Source of the DNA: Barthelona sp. PCE
Lineage: Eukaryota
Assembly: GCA_040285745.1 (NCBI GenBank)
Contig: JAUFOR010000003.1
Coordinates: forward strand, 124,001 to 188,000
Reading direction: 5' to 3'
DNA length: 64,000 nt
This document shows, one piece after another, positions 20,875 to 30,945 of this stretch. The notes under the pieces are model-generated. The model was not told the origin of the DNA, searched no databases, and saw nothing but the letters and a program-made list of their open reading frames with translations. Positions within the stretch are counted from its first letter, which is position 1. Every line of letters starts with the position of its first letter. The position numbers and the translations under genes were made by a program.

Positions 20875-23571
20875 TTAAAGGTAGCGGAGGGTGGGAGAAA
20901 TCTCGTTCCACTTCTCCTCGTTGTAGCAAGCCTTGACGATGGTCTTGAAGTGCTCAAAGTTGGGAGTGATGGGGTTGGCACCAGTGCACTGATCATCGTA
21001 CATGTACTCGGCAAGACCGCTATCGAGGTCTTCGCAGAGCTGCTCGAAAGAAGGAACACCGCGACAGTCCTCGAGGTAGAGAGGAATGTCGATGCTGGTG
21101 ATGAGCTTACGGGTCTCTTCGACGAGCTTGTAAACGAGCTCTTCGTCGGAACCGGAGTGACCCATGTAGCGCATAACCTCGGCGTAACGCTCTTGAGCAA
21201 CGGGCTTGGTGTATTGAGGGAAGCAACCCATCTTGCTAGGCTTGGGGTTGGAGTTGTACAGGACGACGGCAGGGAACATGACGGCGTTGGCGAGACCGTG
21301 AGGTACGTGGTACTTCTGACCCAATTTGTGTGCGATGGAGTGGTTGATACCAAGGAAGGCGTTGGCGAAAGCCATACCAGCAATGGTAGCGGCGTGGTGC
21401 ATGTTCTCACGAGCAAGCTGGGTACCTTGGTGGACGGATTCGTGCAGGTTATCAAAGACCATCTTGACGGCGCGGAGCGCAAGAGGGGATGTGAAATCTG
21501 TGGCAAGAATGGAAACGAGGGCCTCGGTGGCGTGTGTGAGGGCGTCCATACCTGTGCAAGCGGAGAGGAACTTGGGAAGAGTCATACAGAACTGTGCGTC
21601 AGTGATGGCGACGGTGGGGGTCATGGCGTAATCGGCAAGAGGGTACTTAACCTCAACACCGTTCTCCTCAGCAGTGATGACAGCGAAGGGGGTAACTTCG
21701 GAACCAGTACCAGAAGTGGTAGCGATAGCGACGAAGTCGGTCTTGTTCATGGTAGGGAAGTGGAAGATACGCTTACGGATATCCAAGAAACGGAGAGCGA
21801 GATCCTCGAACTTGAGTTCGGGGTGCTCGTAGTAGAGACGCATGACCTTGGCAGCATCGAGAGGGGAACCACCACCGAGAGCGATGAAGACGTCGGGCTG
21901 GAAGGAGCGGATCTGGGTGAGGGCACGCTCGATGGTGCTGTACTTTGGATCGGGCTCGACATCCATGAAGATCTGGTACTGAATACCGTACTTGTCAAGC
22001 TCGTCGGTGACCTTATCGCAGTAACCGAAGTTGAAGAGGAACTTATCGGTGATGATGAATGCCTTCTTATAGTCCTTGAAGTCGGTCATGGCAATGGGGA
22101 GACAGCCGTACTTGAAGTAGACACGGGGAGGAGCGCGGAACCAGAGCATGTTCTCACGACGCATGGCGACGGTCTTGACGTTAACAAGAGACATGGGTCC
22201 GACGTTCTCGGAAGTGGAGGAACCACCCCAGGTACCGACACCGAGAGTGAGGGAAGGAGGGAGTGAGAAGTTCCAGAGATCACCAATGGCACCCTGGGAA
22301 GCGGGGGAGTTCATAATGATACGGCCGGTCTTGAGGGCTTCACCGAACTTCATGATCTTTTCGGTTTCAGTGGGCTCGACGTAGAGGACGGATGTGTGAC
22401 CGATACCGCCACGGCTGACGTAGTCCTCGGCCATAGCGAGACCAGTGTCAAAGTCGGGGCAGCTGTAGAGACCGAGAGTGGGGGAGAGCTTCTCGTGGGA
22501 GAAGGCCTCGGCATCGCAGATGTCGGTGCACTCGGCAACAAGGACGCGGGTGGTGACGGGAACATCGACACCAGCCATAGTAGCAATGGTGTGGGCGGTC
22601 TGGCCAACAACAGCAGCGTTAAGGGCTCCGTTGGGCTTGATGATGACGGCGGCAACCTTGGCCTTTTCCTCTTCGTTGAGAACGACGGCACCACGCTTGA
22701 TGAACTCGGTCTTGCACTTCTCGTACAGGCTCTCGTGGATGATCATGGACTGCTCGGAGGCGCAAACGACACCATTGTCGAATGTCTTGGACATAATGAC
22801 GTAATTAACGGCCATTTCGTAGTCGGCGGTCTCGTCGACCAAGACGGGGGTGTTACCGGCACCAACAACGACACTGGGGACCTCAGAGATGTTGACGGCC
22901 TGAAGCATGGCGGGACCACCGGTTGCCATTGTGTATGCAATGCGCTTCGAGTTGATGACGCAGGAGGTGAGCTCGAGGCTGGGCTTGGTGGTGCAAGCGA
23001 CAATCGCGGTGAACTCGGGTGCAACCTCTGTGATGGCGGCCTGAATGCAACGAACGGATTCAGCAGCAATCTTGTGGCATCGGGGATGCTGGGCGATAAA
23101 ACATGAGTTACGTGTCAAAATGCACAGAAGAGCCTTGAACGCAATGGTGGAGACAACGTTAGTGCATGGCGTGATGCATGCGACAATGCCGTGGGGAGAA
23201 TAAAATTTTTGGATTCCCATGGCTTCGTTAAACTCGCTGGGACTGCAGTAGTCTTCGTGAATATACTTTGAGGTCACGTTCTCTACTCCAAAGCTAATCT
23301 TCACACATTTGTCAATAGCATTGCCCATATAACCTTCATCGACAGTTGCCTGAGCGAAATAAACTCGCTTTTCCATGATTCTCTTGGCGACGTTGCTTGC
23401 GATGCGGCGTACATCCTCCACCTTGAGCTTGGAAAAGGCTTCTCTTTGAGTTTCCATGATGTCGAGAACAGCATTGAACTGTTCAGGGGTTTCGACGGGC
23501 ATTTGAGAAATATCGGGTAACTTAAGGTTAGGCTGGTTGTTCCAATGTGATACACATACAGTTGATGTCAT
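20875..23571 (-). CDS. adhE: Bifunctional acetaldehyde/alcohol dehydrogenase AdhE
   Basis: ALDH domain ATGGPAM, GAGNTP, catalytic SKTFDNGVVCASEQS and HEKLSP; linker SLTLGVGTWGGSSTSENV; Fe-ADH domain GGGSPLDAAK, TTSGTGSEVT, DALTH, HSIAH and PHG. Strong GC3 bias. Confidence 0.96.
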   Translation of the reverse strand: MTSTVCVSHWNNQPNLKLPDISQMPVETPEQFNAVLDIMETQREAFSKLKVEDVRRIASNVAKRIMEKRVYFAQATVDEGYMGNAIDKCVKISFGVENVTSKYIHEDYCSPSEFNEAMGIQKFYSPHGIVACITPCTNVVSTIAFKALLCILTRNSCFIAQHPRCHKIAAESVRCIQAAITEVAPEFTAIVACTTKPSLELTSCVINSKRIAYTMATGGPAMLQAVNISEVPSVVVGAGNTPVLVDETADYEMAVNYVIMSKTFDNGVVCASEQSMIIHESLYEKCKTEFIKRGAVVLNEEEKAKVAAVIIKPNGALNAAVVGQTAHTIATMAGVDVPVTTRVLVAECTDICDAEAFSHEKLSPTLGLYSCPDFDTGLAMAEDYVSRGGIGHTSVLYVEPTETEKIMKFGEALKTGRIIMNSPASQGAIGDLWNFSLPPSLTLGVGTWGGSSTSENVGPMSLVNVKTVAMRRENMLWFRAPPRVYFKYGCLPIAMTDFKDYKKAFIITDKFLFNFGYCDKVTDELDKYGIQYQIFMDVEPDPKYSTIERALTQIRSFQPDVFIALGGGSPLDAAKVMRLYYEHPELKFEDLALRFLDIRKRIFHFPTMNKTDFVAIATTSGTGSEVTPFAVITAEENGVEVKYPLADYAMTPTVAITDAQFCMTLPKFLSACTGMDALTHATEALVSILATDFTSPLALRAVKMVFDNLHESVHQGTQLARENMHHAATIAGMAFANAFLGINHSIAHKLGQKYHVPHGLANAVMFPAVVLYNSNPKPSKMGCFPQYTKPVAQERYAEVMRYMGHSGSDEELVYKLVEETRKLITSIDIPLYLEDCRGVPSFEQLCEDLDSGLAEYMYDDQCTGANPITPNFEHFKTIVKACYNEEKWNEISPTLRYL

Positions 23572-24000
23572 AATTGTTAAACTACTCTTTGAAATGGTAA
23601 GAAAAATAAAACTGGGGCTGTATTGTTCTGGGTCTCTTAAGGTGTTGTTGAGATGTGGTAGGGGGTATTTACAAGTGGTTGAAAGACTTGAAAGTGGAAA
23701 TTATTAACGTAAAGGGATAAAAAATCTGCTTTAGAATCTCTTGATTTTCTATTTGGTTGTATTGAAAAAAGCAGATCCCATGCGCACGTGTACACCGCTT
23801 TTGCAAAGCCATTTCTTTAATGAAGTGATGCTGCCTTGTTAATAATTTACTCAAATCGTGTTTTGTATCGACCTGGAATGCAGGTCAAACTTGCAGGGCT
23901 GGATCTTGCTGCTGGCATGTCCTACGTGACCACGCAGGAGATCCAAAACAGCAGCTTGGAAAGAGTTATAAAGTTGAATGTGAGTGGCTGTACTGTTTAG

Positions 24001-24066
24001 GTAAAGAATCTGTTTACTCTCTTTTATTATTACTGAACAGTGATGAGAGACTATGAAAGAAAATCA
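24001..24066. repeat. Solo fragment of the cassette direct repeat
   Basis: 24001-24048 matches 32835-32882 at 46 of 48 nt. It is followed by GACTATGAAAGAAAATCA, resembling 11776-11794. Confidence 0.85.
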
Positions 24067-24084
24067 ACATGGTAGAATATCAGT

Positions 24085-26325
24085 TTACTTGTTCTCAAAA
24101 GCCTTGACACGATAGAGGCAAACGCTCTTAACACGGGGATTGGAGGTTCTAAAATCAAAACGCAACTGTGTACAAGTTACCGGTGCATCAACCATTGCGA
24201 TTGTTGTCCCATCGTTTAGCAGTGTGTTTACGACGTTGCGCTTGTTACAACTAACCTTCATTGCATCAGGTTGATATTTTGTGGAAACTAGCTGTTGGGC
24301 TGGAGGCTTTGAATACGAAAATCCAATTAACTCATGGCGCTTGGATGGGAACTGTGGTAGCTCAACATCAACATAACATGGAATACGACATTCAAAGCAG
24401 TCACCGGGTTCCAAAGTTGACGAAAAGATACGGTTGTGCTCTGGTTCTCCGTTGAAGATCTTGCGCATGAGCGATGGCGGCGTGCTGCTGTCTGTGACGG
24501 TGGGGTTAAGGTATCTACTAAGCACATTTGCGAATCTCGTTGTGAGATCCTCCTTATGAGAATTTTTAGAAACACTTGATCGCACGTCCTCAATGTCGGT
24601 GAAAATCATACCAACACTGTCCTTCAATTGTGATAACTGCATCGTCAAACGATCAACAACGTGTGAATTATCACTGCCTTCCTGTACCGTGATCCTTGAT
24701 GAAAGGCCAATCATCTCATCGCTCAGGGATTCCAGGTGCTCGCGCATCTCGCTCAACGCGTCATTCAACTGTCGGTCACTCAGTTCTGTTTTTGTTGCTG
24801 AATCTGAATCGACTGGTACGGGTCGTAATGACTTTGCGATCTTTCGCTGAATAGCCCCAATTTGCTTTCGGATCTGATTAACAGACGTCTTCATCAGGAG
24901 CATATCATTGCTGTTATCGTTGATTTTTCCCTTCAAGTGCGTAACCTGTGTTTCGAATAACCCGAGTTCAGCAACGAATTTCTTCATGTCGCGATTGCTC
25001 TTTTCTGCAGCAGCAACATCACGTATAGGAATTTTTGGTTTGGGGATGGAAACATGACCGATAGGAGTTGTGATCTCAAAGTCATATTCGTCTGATGTTA
25101 CAATATCAGAAACTACAGCTGAGAACGGGGTAATGCATATGACAACAACAAACACAAGCATTAGTAAAGCAATTACAAGTGTCATAATTTTTTTCTTTGA
25201 TATAACAATACCGCACAAGCAGATGAGAGGAACTACAAACATGAAACGCGAGTAACCAAATCCGCTCATCCACAGGCCCGAGAACGCACCCAGTACAACC
25301 AGAGAGAGAGAACCGCTAAGTGTGTATGTGATTTTTCGATATGTTTTAAAGGGGATAAGCGTTTCTAAAGTTGCAATCAGCGCAATACAACACACCGCAA
25401 CAGGTATCGGCTTGCCAAAAAGAGCAACACGCACAGTGAAAGTTACCCAACACCATGCAGTGGTATATGTAACTGGCAGATTACTGATGTTAAATACGCT
25501 CAAGAAGATACCTGTAGCCAAGACAACCATCACTATCCGGTTGATATAGTATGTCTGGTTTAACATTAATGAGAAGACACCAAAACAAAAATAGCTTATG
25601 TAGGGATAGTAACTTGTCTTGCTAGCAATTAAAACCGGTAAAACAACGGTGGAAGCGGCTAATATGATGACTACGGACAGTCCTATGACTCCAAATTTAA
25701 TTGTGTGATACCCAAACATGTTAAAGAAAACACATCCCAGCATTAAGAGGAAGACTGTAATAACAATAGAGTTATGTAATAAAAGTCTCTTTTTCATCAA
25801 CTGGGTCCTCTTCAAGTTGAAGTTCACGTGGGTGCGCAGTAAATCATTAATGAATGGATGTTTAGATTTCCTTACAGGTAAAAAACGTCCATAACAAAAG
25901 GTGAAAGCACTCACTACAGCAAGAATCCAAATCTGAGGGAATGGGGTGAAGAACGGCACCATAAACGCCACAATGAGCGCTAATATACAATAAAAATCAA
26001 AGGTTAAATCCATACTAACACCCATAGTCCCCATAACAGTCTTTTGCAATTTGAAATCGAACGTAGTCTGGTCCAGGAGGCTGCCTTCCTGGTTCATCAA
26101 ACTCAAAGTATGATCTAATTCATCAAAATCTCTTTCAAAATCATTTTGTGTTATTGAGTCGAATCCCGTGTTAGGGCTTTCGTGATGGCGCATCGGTTCC
26201 ATTCGTTTGATCGGTGTCTTGTCTCCTTTAATGCGTTTGGGATCGTTCTCTGTTGTAAGTTCAACAAAATTCACATCTTTTGCGTTTTTTGTATGTCTAC
26301 GCAAAAAAAAACTCCGCTTTTCCAT
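24085..26325 (-). CDS. Multi-pass membrane protein with coiled coil and C-terminal SUN-like domain
   Basis: Many hydrophobic helices (about aa 105-405), then a coiled coil, then EPGDCFEC...VCLYRVKAF, which resembles the SUN motifs PGxCWxF and CxYRxRVHG. Confidence 0.7.
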   Translation of the reverse strand: MEKRSFFLRRHTKNAKDVNFVELTTENDPKRIKGDKTPIKRMEPMRHHESPNTGFDSITQNDFERDFDELDHTLSLMNQEGSLLDQTTFDFKLQKTVMGTMGVSMDLTFDFYCILALIVAFMVPFFTPFPQIWILAVVSAFTFCYGRFLPVRKSKHPFINDLLRTHVNFNLKRTQLMKKRLLLHNSIVITVFLLMLGCVFFNMFGYHTIKFGVIGLSVVIILAASTVVLPVLIASKTSYYPYISYFCFGVFSLMLNQTYYINRIVMVVLATGIFLSVFNISNLPVTYTTAWCWVTFTVRVALFGKPIPVAVCCIALIATLETLIPFKTYRKITYTLSGSLSLVVLGAFSGLWMSGFGYSRFMFVVPLICLCGIVISKKKIMTLVIALLMLVFVVVICITPFSAVVSDIVTSDEYDFEITTPIGHVSIPKPKIPIRDVAAAEKSNRDMKKFVAELGLFETQVTHLKGKINDNSNDMLLMKTSVNQIRKQIGAIQRKIAKSLRPVPVDSDSATKTELSDRQLNDALSEMREHLESLSDEMIGLSSRITVQEGSDNSHVVDRLTMQLSQLKDSVGMIFTDIEDVRSSVSKNSHKEDLTTRFANVLSRYLNPTVTDSSTPPSLMRKIFNGEPEHNRIFSSTLEPGDCFECRIPCYVDVELPQFPSKRHELIGFSYSKPPAQQLVSTKYQPDAMKVSCNKRNVVNTLLNDGTTIAMVDAPVTCTQLRFDFRTSNPRVKSVCLYRVKAFENK

Positions 26326-26595
26326 ACAAACTATTCAGTTACCTGAGCTGGACTGAAAAAAAAAAGAAATAAGGGTTTGAATTTGATTACAAACTTTCAT
26401 ATGAGTTTACTACATACTTTAGCAGCTGTATTATCTTGATCATAACACAATCCACCATAAAATCGCAATACTGCACGATAAAAGAGCTTACATATTATAA
26501 AATCCTCTGTACACCTACTAATCACAAAATTCACACAAAACCTGCTTCATTCGCTTGTTTATCGTCACAAAAGACCATTTTAAATGATAAATACA

Positions 26596-26847
26596 TTACA
26601 ACTCTATCCCTTGCCCCAAAATGTAGGCCATTGCTTCTTCAAAGATCTCAACATTGCTGAATGCGCTACTGACCATTTTCCGCAGAGAAGTTGTGTTGCT
26701 GGCGCTAATTTCTATACATACATCACAGTTCTCACTTCTAGGATCAAATGTTGTGTTTGGAACAGATTGCAAAGGTTGTAAGGCGCATAAGCACTTTTCA
26801 GCCATATCTCCGTTCTCAAATGTGAATCGCAAGGATGCAGTGTGCAT
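26596..26847 (-). CDS. PCC1: KEOPS complex Pcc1/LAGE3-like subunit
   Basis: 83 aa. The pattern HTASLRFTF...AEKCLCALQP...ISASNTTSLRKMVSSAF matches the size and layout of the Pcc1 family. Confidence 0.55.
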   Translation of the reverse strand: MHTASLRFTFENGDMAEKCLCALQPLQSVPNTTFDPRSENCDVCIEISASNTTSLRKMVSSAFSNVEIFEEAMAYILGQGIEL

Positions 26848-27108
26848 TGTGTAAGGTGAAAACGATATAACGCTTTTAGTTCAACTTTACCAAGCAATTC
26901 AGTACTTAAAGCTTTTACACAGCTCTATAACCATATAATGTACCACAAAAACATCGTAAACCAACAAAACACTCATAACACTACTGACGACTTAATCAAT
27001 AAGAAACGAGTACAATTGTGGTTCTCTCTAGTAAAAATCTATTCTGTCCAAATGAAAAGAACTTAGAACAGAAAGAAAATTTGTTTTGCTTTTTGACACC
27101 CATTTCTA

Positions 27109-29112
27109 ATGACTTTTTCAAAGTCTATACAGTACACACTGGGGATATTGGGCATTGCGCTTTTGTTTTTCGGATTTTTCACCCCCAAACCCATCCTTCA
27201 AGACATTAACACAATTCCAACCAATTCAAGGGTGACAGTGGATCAAATGATCATAATGATCGTCGATGGGCTGCGCTGGGACATGGTGCAACCCATGCCA
27301 GATCGAAAAACACACTTTCATAACCAACTAAGTAGAGCATTCAATTACCCAGACGCTAAACATTTTTTCCTCGAAACTGGGCCTCCGAGTAGCACGAAGC
27401 CACGTGTGCGGGCACTGACCACCGGTCAACCACCATCATACATTGAGATTATAAAGAATTTTGGGAATGAAGCGGCGTTGTCAGACTCAGTCATATCCTC
27501 AATGCATCGCAATGGGAAAAAGAAGATCCTACGTGGAGACTACACGTGGCTCAATCTGTTTCCGGATGAGTTTGATGAGGTACACAGCTCCTATGGCTCT
27601 GACATTTCCGATTTCTATGAAATTGATAACATAACGTTGAAGAATCTAGACACAGATCTAATAAGAGACGACTGGGACTTCATGGTCATCCACCTACTCG
27701 GGTTCGACCATGTGAGCCACTATTATGAGCCTGATGATGTGCATTCCTCTATTAAACTAAAACAGTACGAAGAGCTTTTGATGGATTTATTCCAATGGAC
27801 AAAGCAGGCATCACGTTCGCCCGACTCTCCGCGAGTCACCAAGCGCAGGAAGATGGTAATGTTGATGGGAGATCACGGGATGGACGAAGAAGGCAATCAT
27901 GGCGGTGGTTCTTACGATGAGATCATGAGCTCTTTACTGCTTGTTTGTCCGGAGTGTGATCTCTCCCGTCTTGAGGAGGACACTGTGCTTAAGCAAATCG
28001 ACCTACCATCAACAATAGCGTGCCTTTTTAATGTAAGTATACCGTTCTCTAACACCGGTGTCCCATTCGACATGGTTGATGAGAGGTGCCTCTCTGCTGT
28101 TGAGATTCAGAGGGACACTCTTCGCGAAAAGGTTGGTGGTTCACTCCCCTCTGATAAGAATATTTATAACATCACAATGATATCTGTTGGCCTTTCTCTT
28201 CTTACAATATCGGCTGTTTTTGCAAACAGGGGTGCGCTTTTCGGTATCGATCTGACAATGCGCAATGTAGTTGTCTTAGCTGCTAATTACGGGCTGATGA
28301 TTGCTGTCATCAGCGATACTTTCATTGAAAAAGAGGCGAAGATAACCCGCGCCGTACTCCCTCTGACGTTCCTGGTATGCAAAAACTGGGGTATGGTTTC
28401 AAGAGCTTTTGCAGCGTATTTTCTCTTTTTGTATTCTGAAACATTGCATGTAGATGAGGGATTCCGCCTGCTCTCGTGCGCTTCTGTTGTTTTTTCGAAG
28501 CGAAAGGGACTGGCCAGGATTCAGCATATTTTTTTGATCCTCTCTGTGAACGCTGTTCGTGCCTTTCCTGAAGCATTATATTTGAGCAGGTTTACACTGT
28601 TTCTGTCAGTTACCACACTCCCTTCATCGCTCCCATTGTTGTTTTCTTTGTTAGGACGACACAATACGGGAATTTTTTTCGATGTTTTCCAGAATAATGT
28701 TTCCATGCCTTCATGGTCTGTTTACGCCCTTCAACGCTTCTTATTTTCTGCAAACCATGCCTCCAACTTCCAATCAATCAATTTACAAAGCTTTTTTGTT
28801 GGATTCAACGATTTTAGCATCAAAAGAGCATTTTTAATGAGCGGTCTAGAATTTTCTTTCCCATTTCTACTGCTTGGACTCCCATATCATCAGCTACTGC
28901 TTTCATATACCATATTGGCAGTCTCCACTGTTGTCAATAGATATTCAATGGTAATCTTTACAATATGGTCACCAAAGTATTTGTTTGAAACTACTTTCAT
29001 CATTGTTGCACACTGTCGGTACATCTTCTTATGGTTGTATAATCATCTAACACAATTCATACACGGTTTACAAACAGATACAAAAAAAGTTAGCGACGTG
29101 AAAGTGCACTAA
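27109..29112 (+). CDS. GPI ethanolamine-phosphate transferase (PIG-G/PIG-O family)
   Basis: IVDGLRWD, PPSSTKPRVRALTTG, GDYTWLNLFP, HLLGFDHVSH, GDHGM..GNHGG, and a C-terminal TM region with SPKYLFE. Confidence 0.9.
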   Translation: MTFSKSIQYTLGILGIALLFFGFFTPKPILQDINTIPTNSRVTVDQMIIMIVDGLRWDMVQPMPDRKTHFHNQLSRAFNYPDAKHFFLETGPPSSTKPRVRALTTGQPPSYIEIIKNFGNEAALSDSVISSMHRNGKKKILRGDYTWLNLFPDEFDEVHSSYGSDISDFYEIDNITLKNLDTDLIRDDWDFMVIHLLGFDHVSHYYEPDDVHSSIKLKQYEELLMDLFQWTKQASRSPDSPRVTKRRKMVMLMGDHGMDEEGNHGGGSYDEIMSSLLLVCPECDLSRLEEDTVLKQIDLPSTIACLFNVSIPFSNTGVPFDMVDERCLSAVEIQRDTLREKVGGSLPSDKNIYNITMISVGLSLLTISAVFANRGALFGIDLTMRNVVVLAANYGLMIAVISDTFIEKEAKITRAVLPLTFLVCKNWGMVSRAFAAYFLFLYSETLHVDEGFRLLSCASVVFSKRKGLARIQHIFLILSVNAVRAFPEALYLSRFTLFLSVTTLPSSLPLLFSLLGRHNTGIFFDVFQNNVSMPSWSVYALQRFLFSANHASNFQSINLQSFFVGFNDFSIKRAFLMSGLEFSFPFLLLGLPYHQLLLSYTILAVSTVVNRYSMVIFTIWSPKYLFETTFIIVAHCRYIFLWLYNHLTQFIHGLQTDTKKVSDVKVH

Positions 29113-29842
29113 TTGAACGGGTCATGTTGGACATCAACTGCTCCAAAGCAACCACCAAATCTTCGTCGCCTTTCTCCCTCTCTTCGCGCTCTGTCTCAAG
29201 AAGAACCTTAATTTCCTGATAATCTTCTGCTACACGTTGTCTCAAGGTCTCTTCAGCCTTTCCTCTGAGTTTAAGGTTGTTCTCGATGTTCTCCATCAGC
29301 ACATTGATGGCAGTCTCTCTCTGCAGGCGTTCTGCGTCTGTCTTCTCTTGAATTCTGTAAATATCACTCGTGACTCTTTGCATCAAACTGGCCTCACGTT
29401 CAACCTGATGAGAACGTTCGCTGTCAAGGCACTCCTGAAGCTCAGTAATACGAGAAGAGAAGTTGGAAAGCAATTCACTAGATTGGGAAGTGCGAGCTTG
29501 AACTTCCTCTTGCAAACCCAGTTCAATGGCCTCAATACGGCTATCCAATGCACCAAATTTATCATTGAGCTCGTTGAACTTGGTGACAATGGCTCCATCA
29601 AGACGTTCAACAGCAGCAGTGATACGATTTTCATAGACAATTTGAGCAGCTCTAATATTCTCTTGACGACGACGAGTTTCGGCTGTTAGGTTCTTCTCAA
29701 TTCGGTTAACTTGATCGATCAAGTTCACAAATTTACGATCCTCTTCGCTTCTACGTTGTTGCATTTCAATTTCAACATCGTTCTGGAAACCAGAAAAACG
29801 CTCGGTCAGCTGACTCAGCTTCTGGCTGGGAGACTTGGGCAT
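29090..29842 (-). CDS. SF-assemblin / beta-giardin family striated-fibre protein
   Basis: 250-aa coiled coil with LTAETRRRQE, AERLQRE and EREEREKGDEDLVVAL. Confidence 0.85.
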   Translation of the reverse strand: MPKSPSQKLSQLTERFSGFQNDVEIEMQQRRSEEDRKFVNLIDQVNRIEKNLTAETRRRQENIRAAQIVYENRITAAVERLDGAIVTKFNELNDKFGALDSRIEAIELGLQEEVQARTSQSSELLSNFSSRITELQECLDSERSHQVEREASLMQRVTSDIYRIQEKTDAERLQRETAINVLMENIENNLKLRGKAEETLRQRVAEDYQEIKVLLETEREEREKGDEDLVVALEQLMSNMTRSISALSRR

Positions 29843-30027
29843 ATCTTTAGTGGCGTGAAGTCCGGCTTAATGTAAGTAAAAGGAAAATATTCTTGAAAAT
29901 ATTCTTAAAAATCCAACATACTTTTGCTTAATGGCGTTCTGGACAGAGGACTGGACATTATATTGTACAAATTATGCAAATAAACTTGCAAGAAAGGTTA
30001 AAATACGTTATACAATTTTTATTATCA

Positions 30028-30945
30028 TTATTTTGGTATAATCACATCCCTTACGAGCTCTACTCCTGCCTCAGTAAGACGGTGAATACTTTTAACACCG
30101 TCATTTTCAATCATCACATAGTTAGACTTGCTCTCAACATACAACACCTCTCCTTCGATATCTATCCTCTGCAAGACACCCGATTCCCTGTTAAAGTGGA
30201 CCAATCCTTGTTTTGTTATGATAACTTGAACAGAATTCGATAAAGAACGCAAACCCATAATTTCTTCTGTTTCATGGTCAAATCTACTCTCTGCTGTGTT
30301 CTCCGTCCCATAAAAGACAATTTCCTCTGCTGTTGCTACACAAAAACAATTGTGAGAAATAATTACGCATTTTAACGGTGGTGATCTTGAATCTAATCTG
30401 AATAAATTCAAAATACGGTGTGGTTCGGACATTTTAACCAGTTTCAACATCAAATCTTGATCTACTGAGAAAAAAAAATCCTCATATGCGCAACAATCGC
30501 TTACACCTCTAAAATGGGCTCCAATAAACCCAATAGGAACGTTCTCGGGGAATTGAACGGATCGGGTCCACTCAGTGTCGGAAGCCAAACGCATATTCGT
30601 GGGTAAACGATCTGAAAGTAAGAAAATTGCTCCAGTGACTTCAGCAAACACTAATCTGTATTCTGAATCTGAGGTTGGTAAGAAATACAGAAATGAGACC
30701 TTACGAGAAGCTGAAACCGTGTATAACTTGTTAGTTAAATCATTCGCATAAAGACTGACTTCTTTCTCCTGAGTTACAGCAAAGAAGTTTCCGCATGGTG
30801 ATATAGCAAACATATCAAGACCTGGGAAGGTCTCAGTTATAAAACTCTGTGAACTCTCATCATTTTTTCCATAAAAGTATTGAAGACTGGAAGAGTTTTC
30901 TTCTCCACGCACCAAAAATGTGTTATTATCTGCTATGCTAAACAT
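30028..30945 (-). CDS. WD-repeat protein, Trm82/WDR4-like
   Basis: LVFAEVTGAIF and GAHFRGVSDC...SVDQDLMLKL..SEPHRI parallel the Trm82 motifs ADKxGDV, GHxSML and DRDEKIR. First ATG at 30945. Confidence 0.55.
   Translation of the reverse strand: MFSIADNNTFLVRGEENSSSLQYFYGKNDESSQSFITETFPGLDMFAISPCGNFFAVTQEKEVSLYANDLTNKLYTVSASRKVSFLYFLPTSDSEYRLVFAEVTGAIFLLSDRLPTNMRLASDTEWTRSVQFPENVPIGFIGAHFRGVSDCCAYEDFFFSVDQDLMLKLVKMSEPHRILNLFRLDSRSPPLKCVIISHNCFCVATAEEIVFYGTENTAESRFDHETEEIMGLRSLSNSVQVIITKQGLVHFNRESGVLQRIDIEGEVLYVESKSNYVMIENDGVKSIHRLTEAGVELVRDVIIPK

Noticed and set aside
20860-23106. Long plus-strand ORFs of 468 and 236 aa opposite adhE
   Set aside because: Antisense shadows of adhE's strong codon bias (few TTA, CTA or TCA codons); no recognisable motifs.
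24030-24048. C/D snoRNA-like boxes (CTGA, GTGATGA) in the repeat
   Set aside because: No proper C...D order with a terminal stem, and the boxes are not conserved in the R copies.
29883-29906. Tandem GAAAATATTCTT x2 upstream of SF-assemblin
   Set aside because: A single short AT-rich duplication with no other copy seen; insufficient to call a regulatory site.
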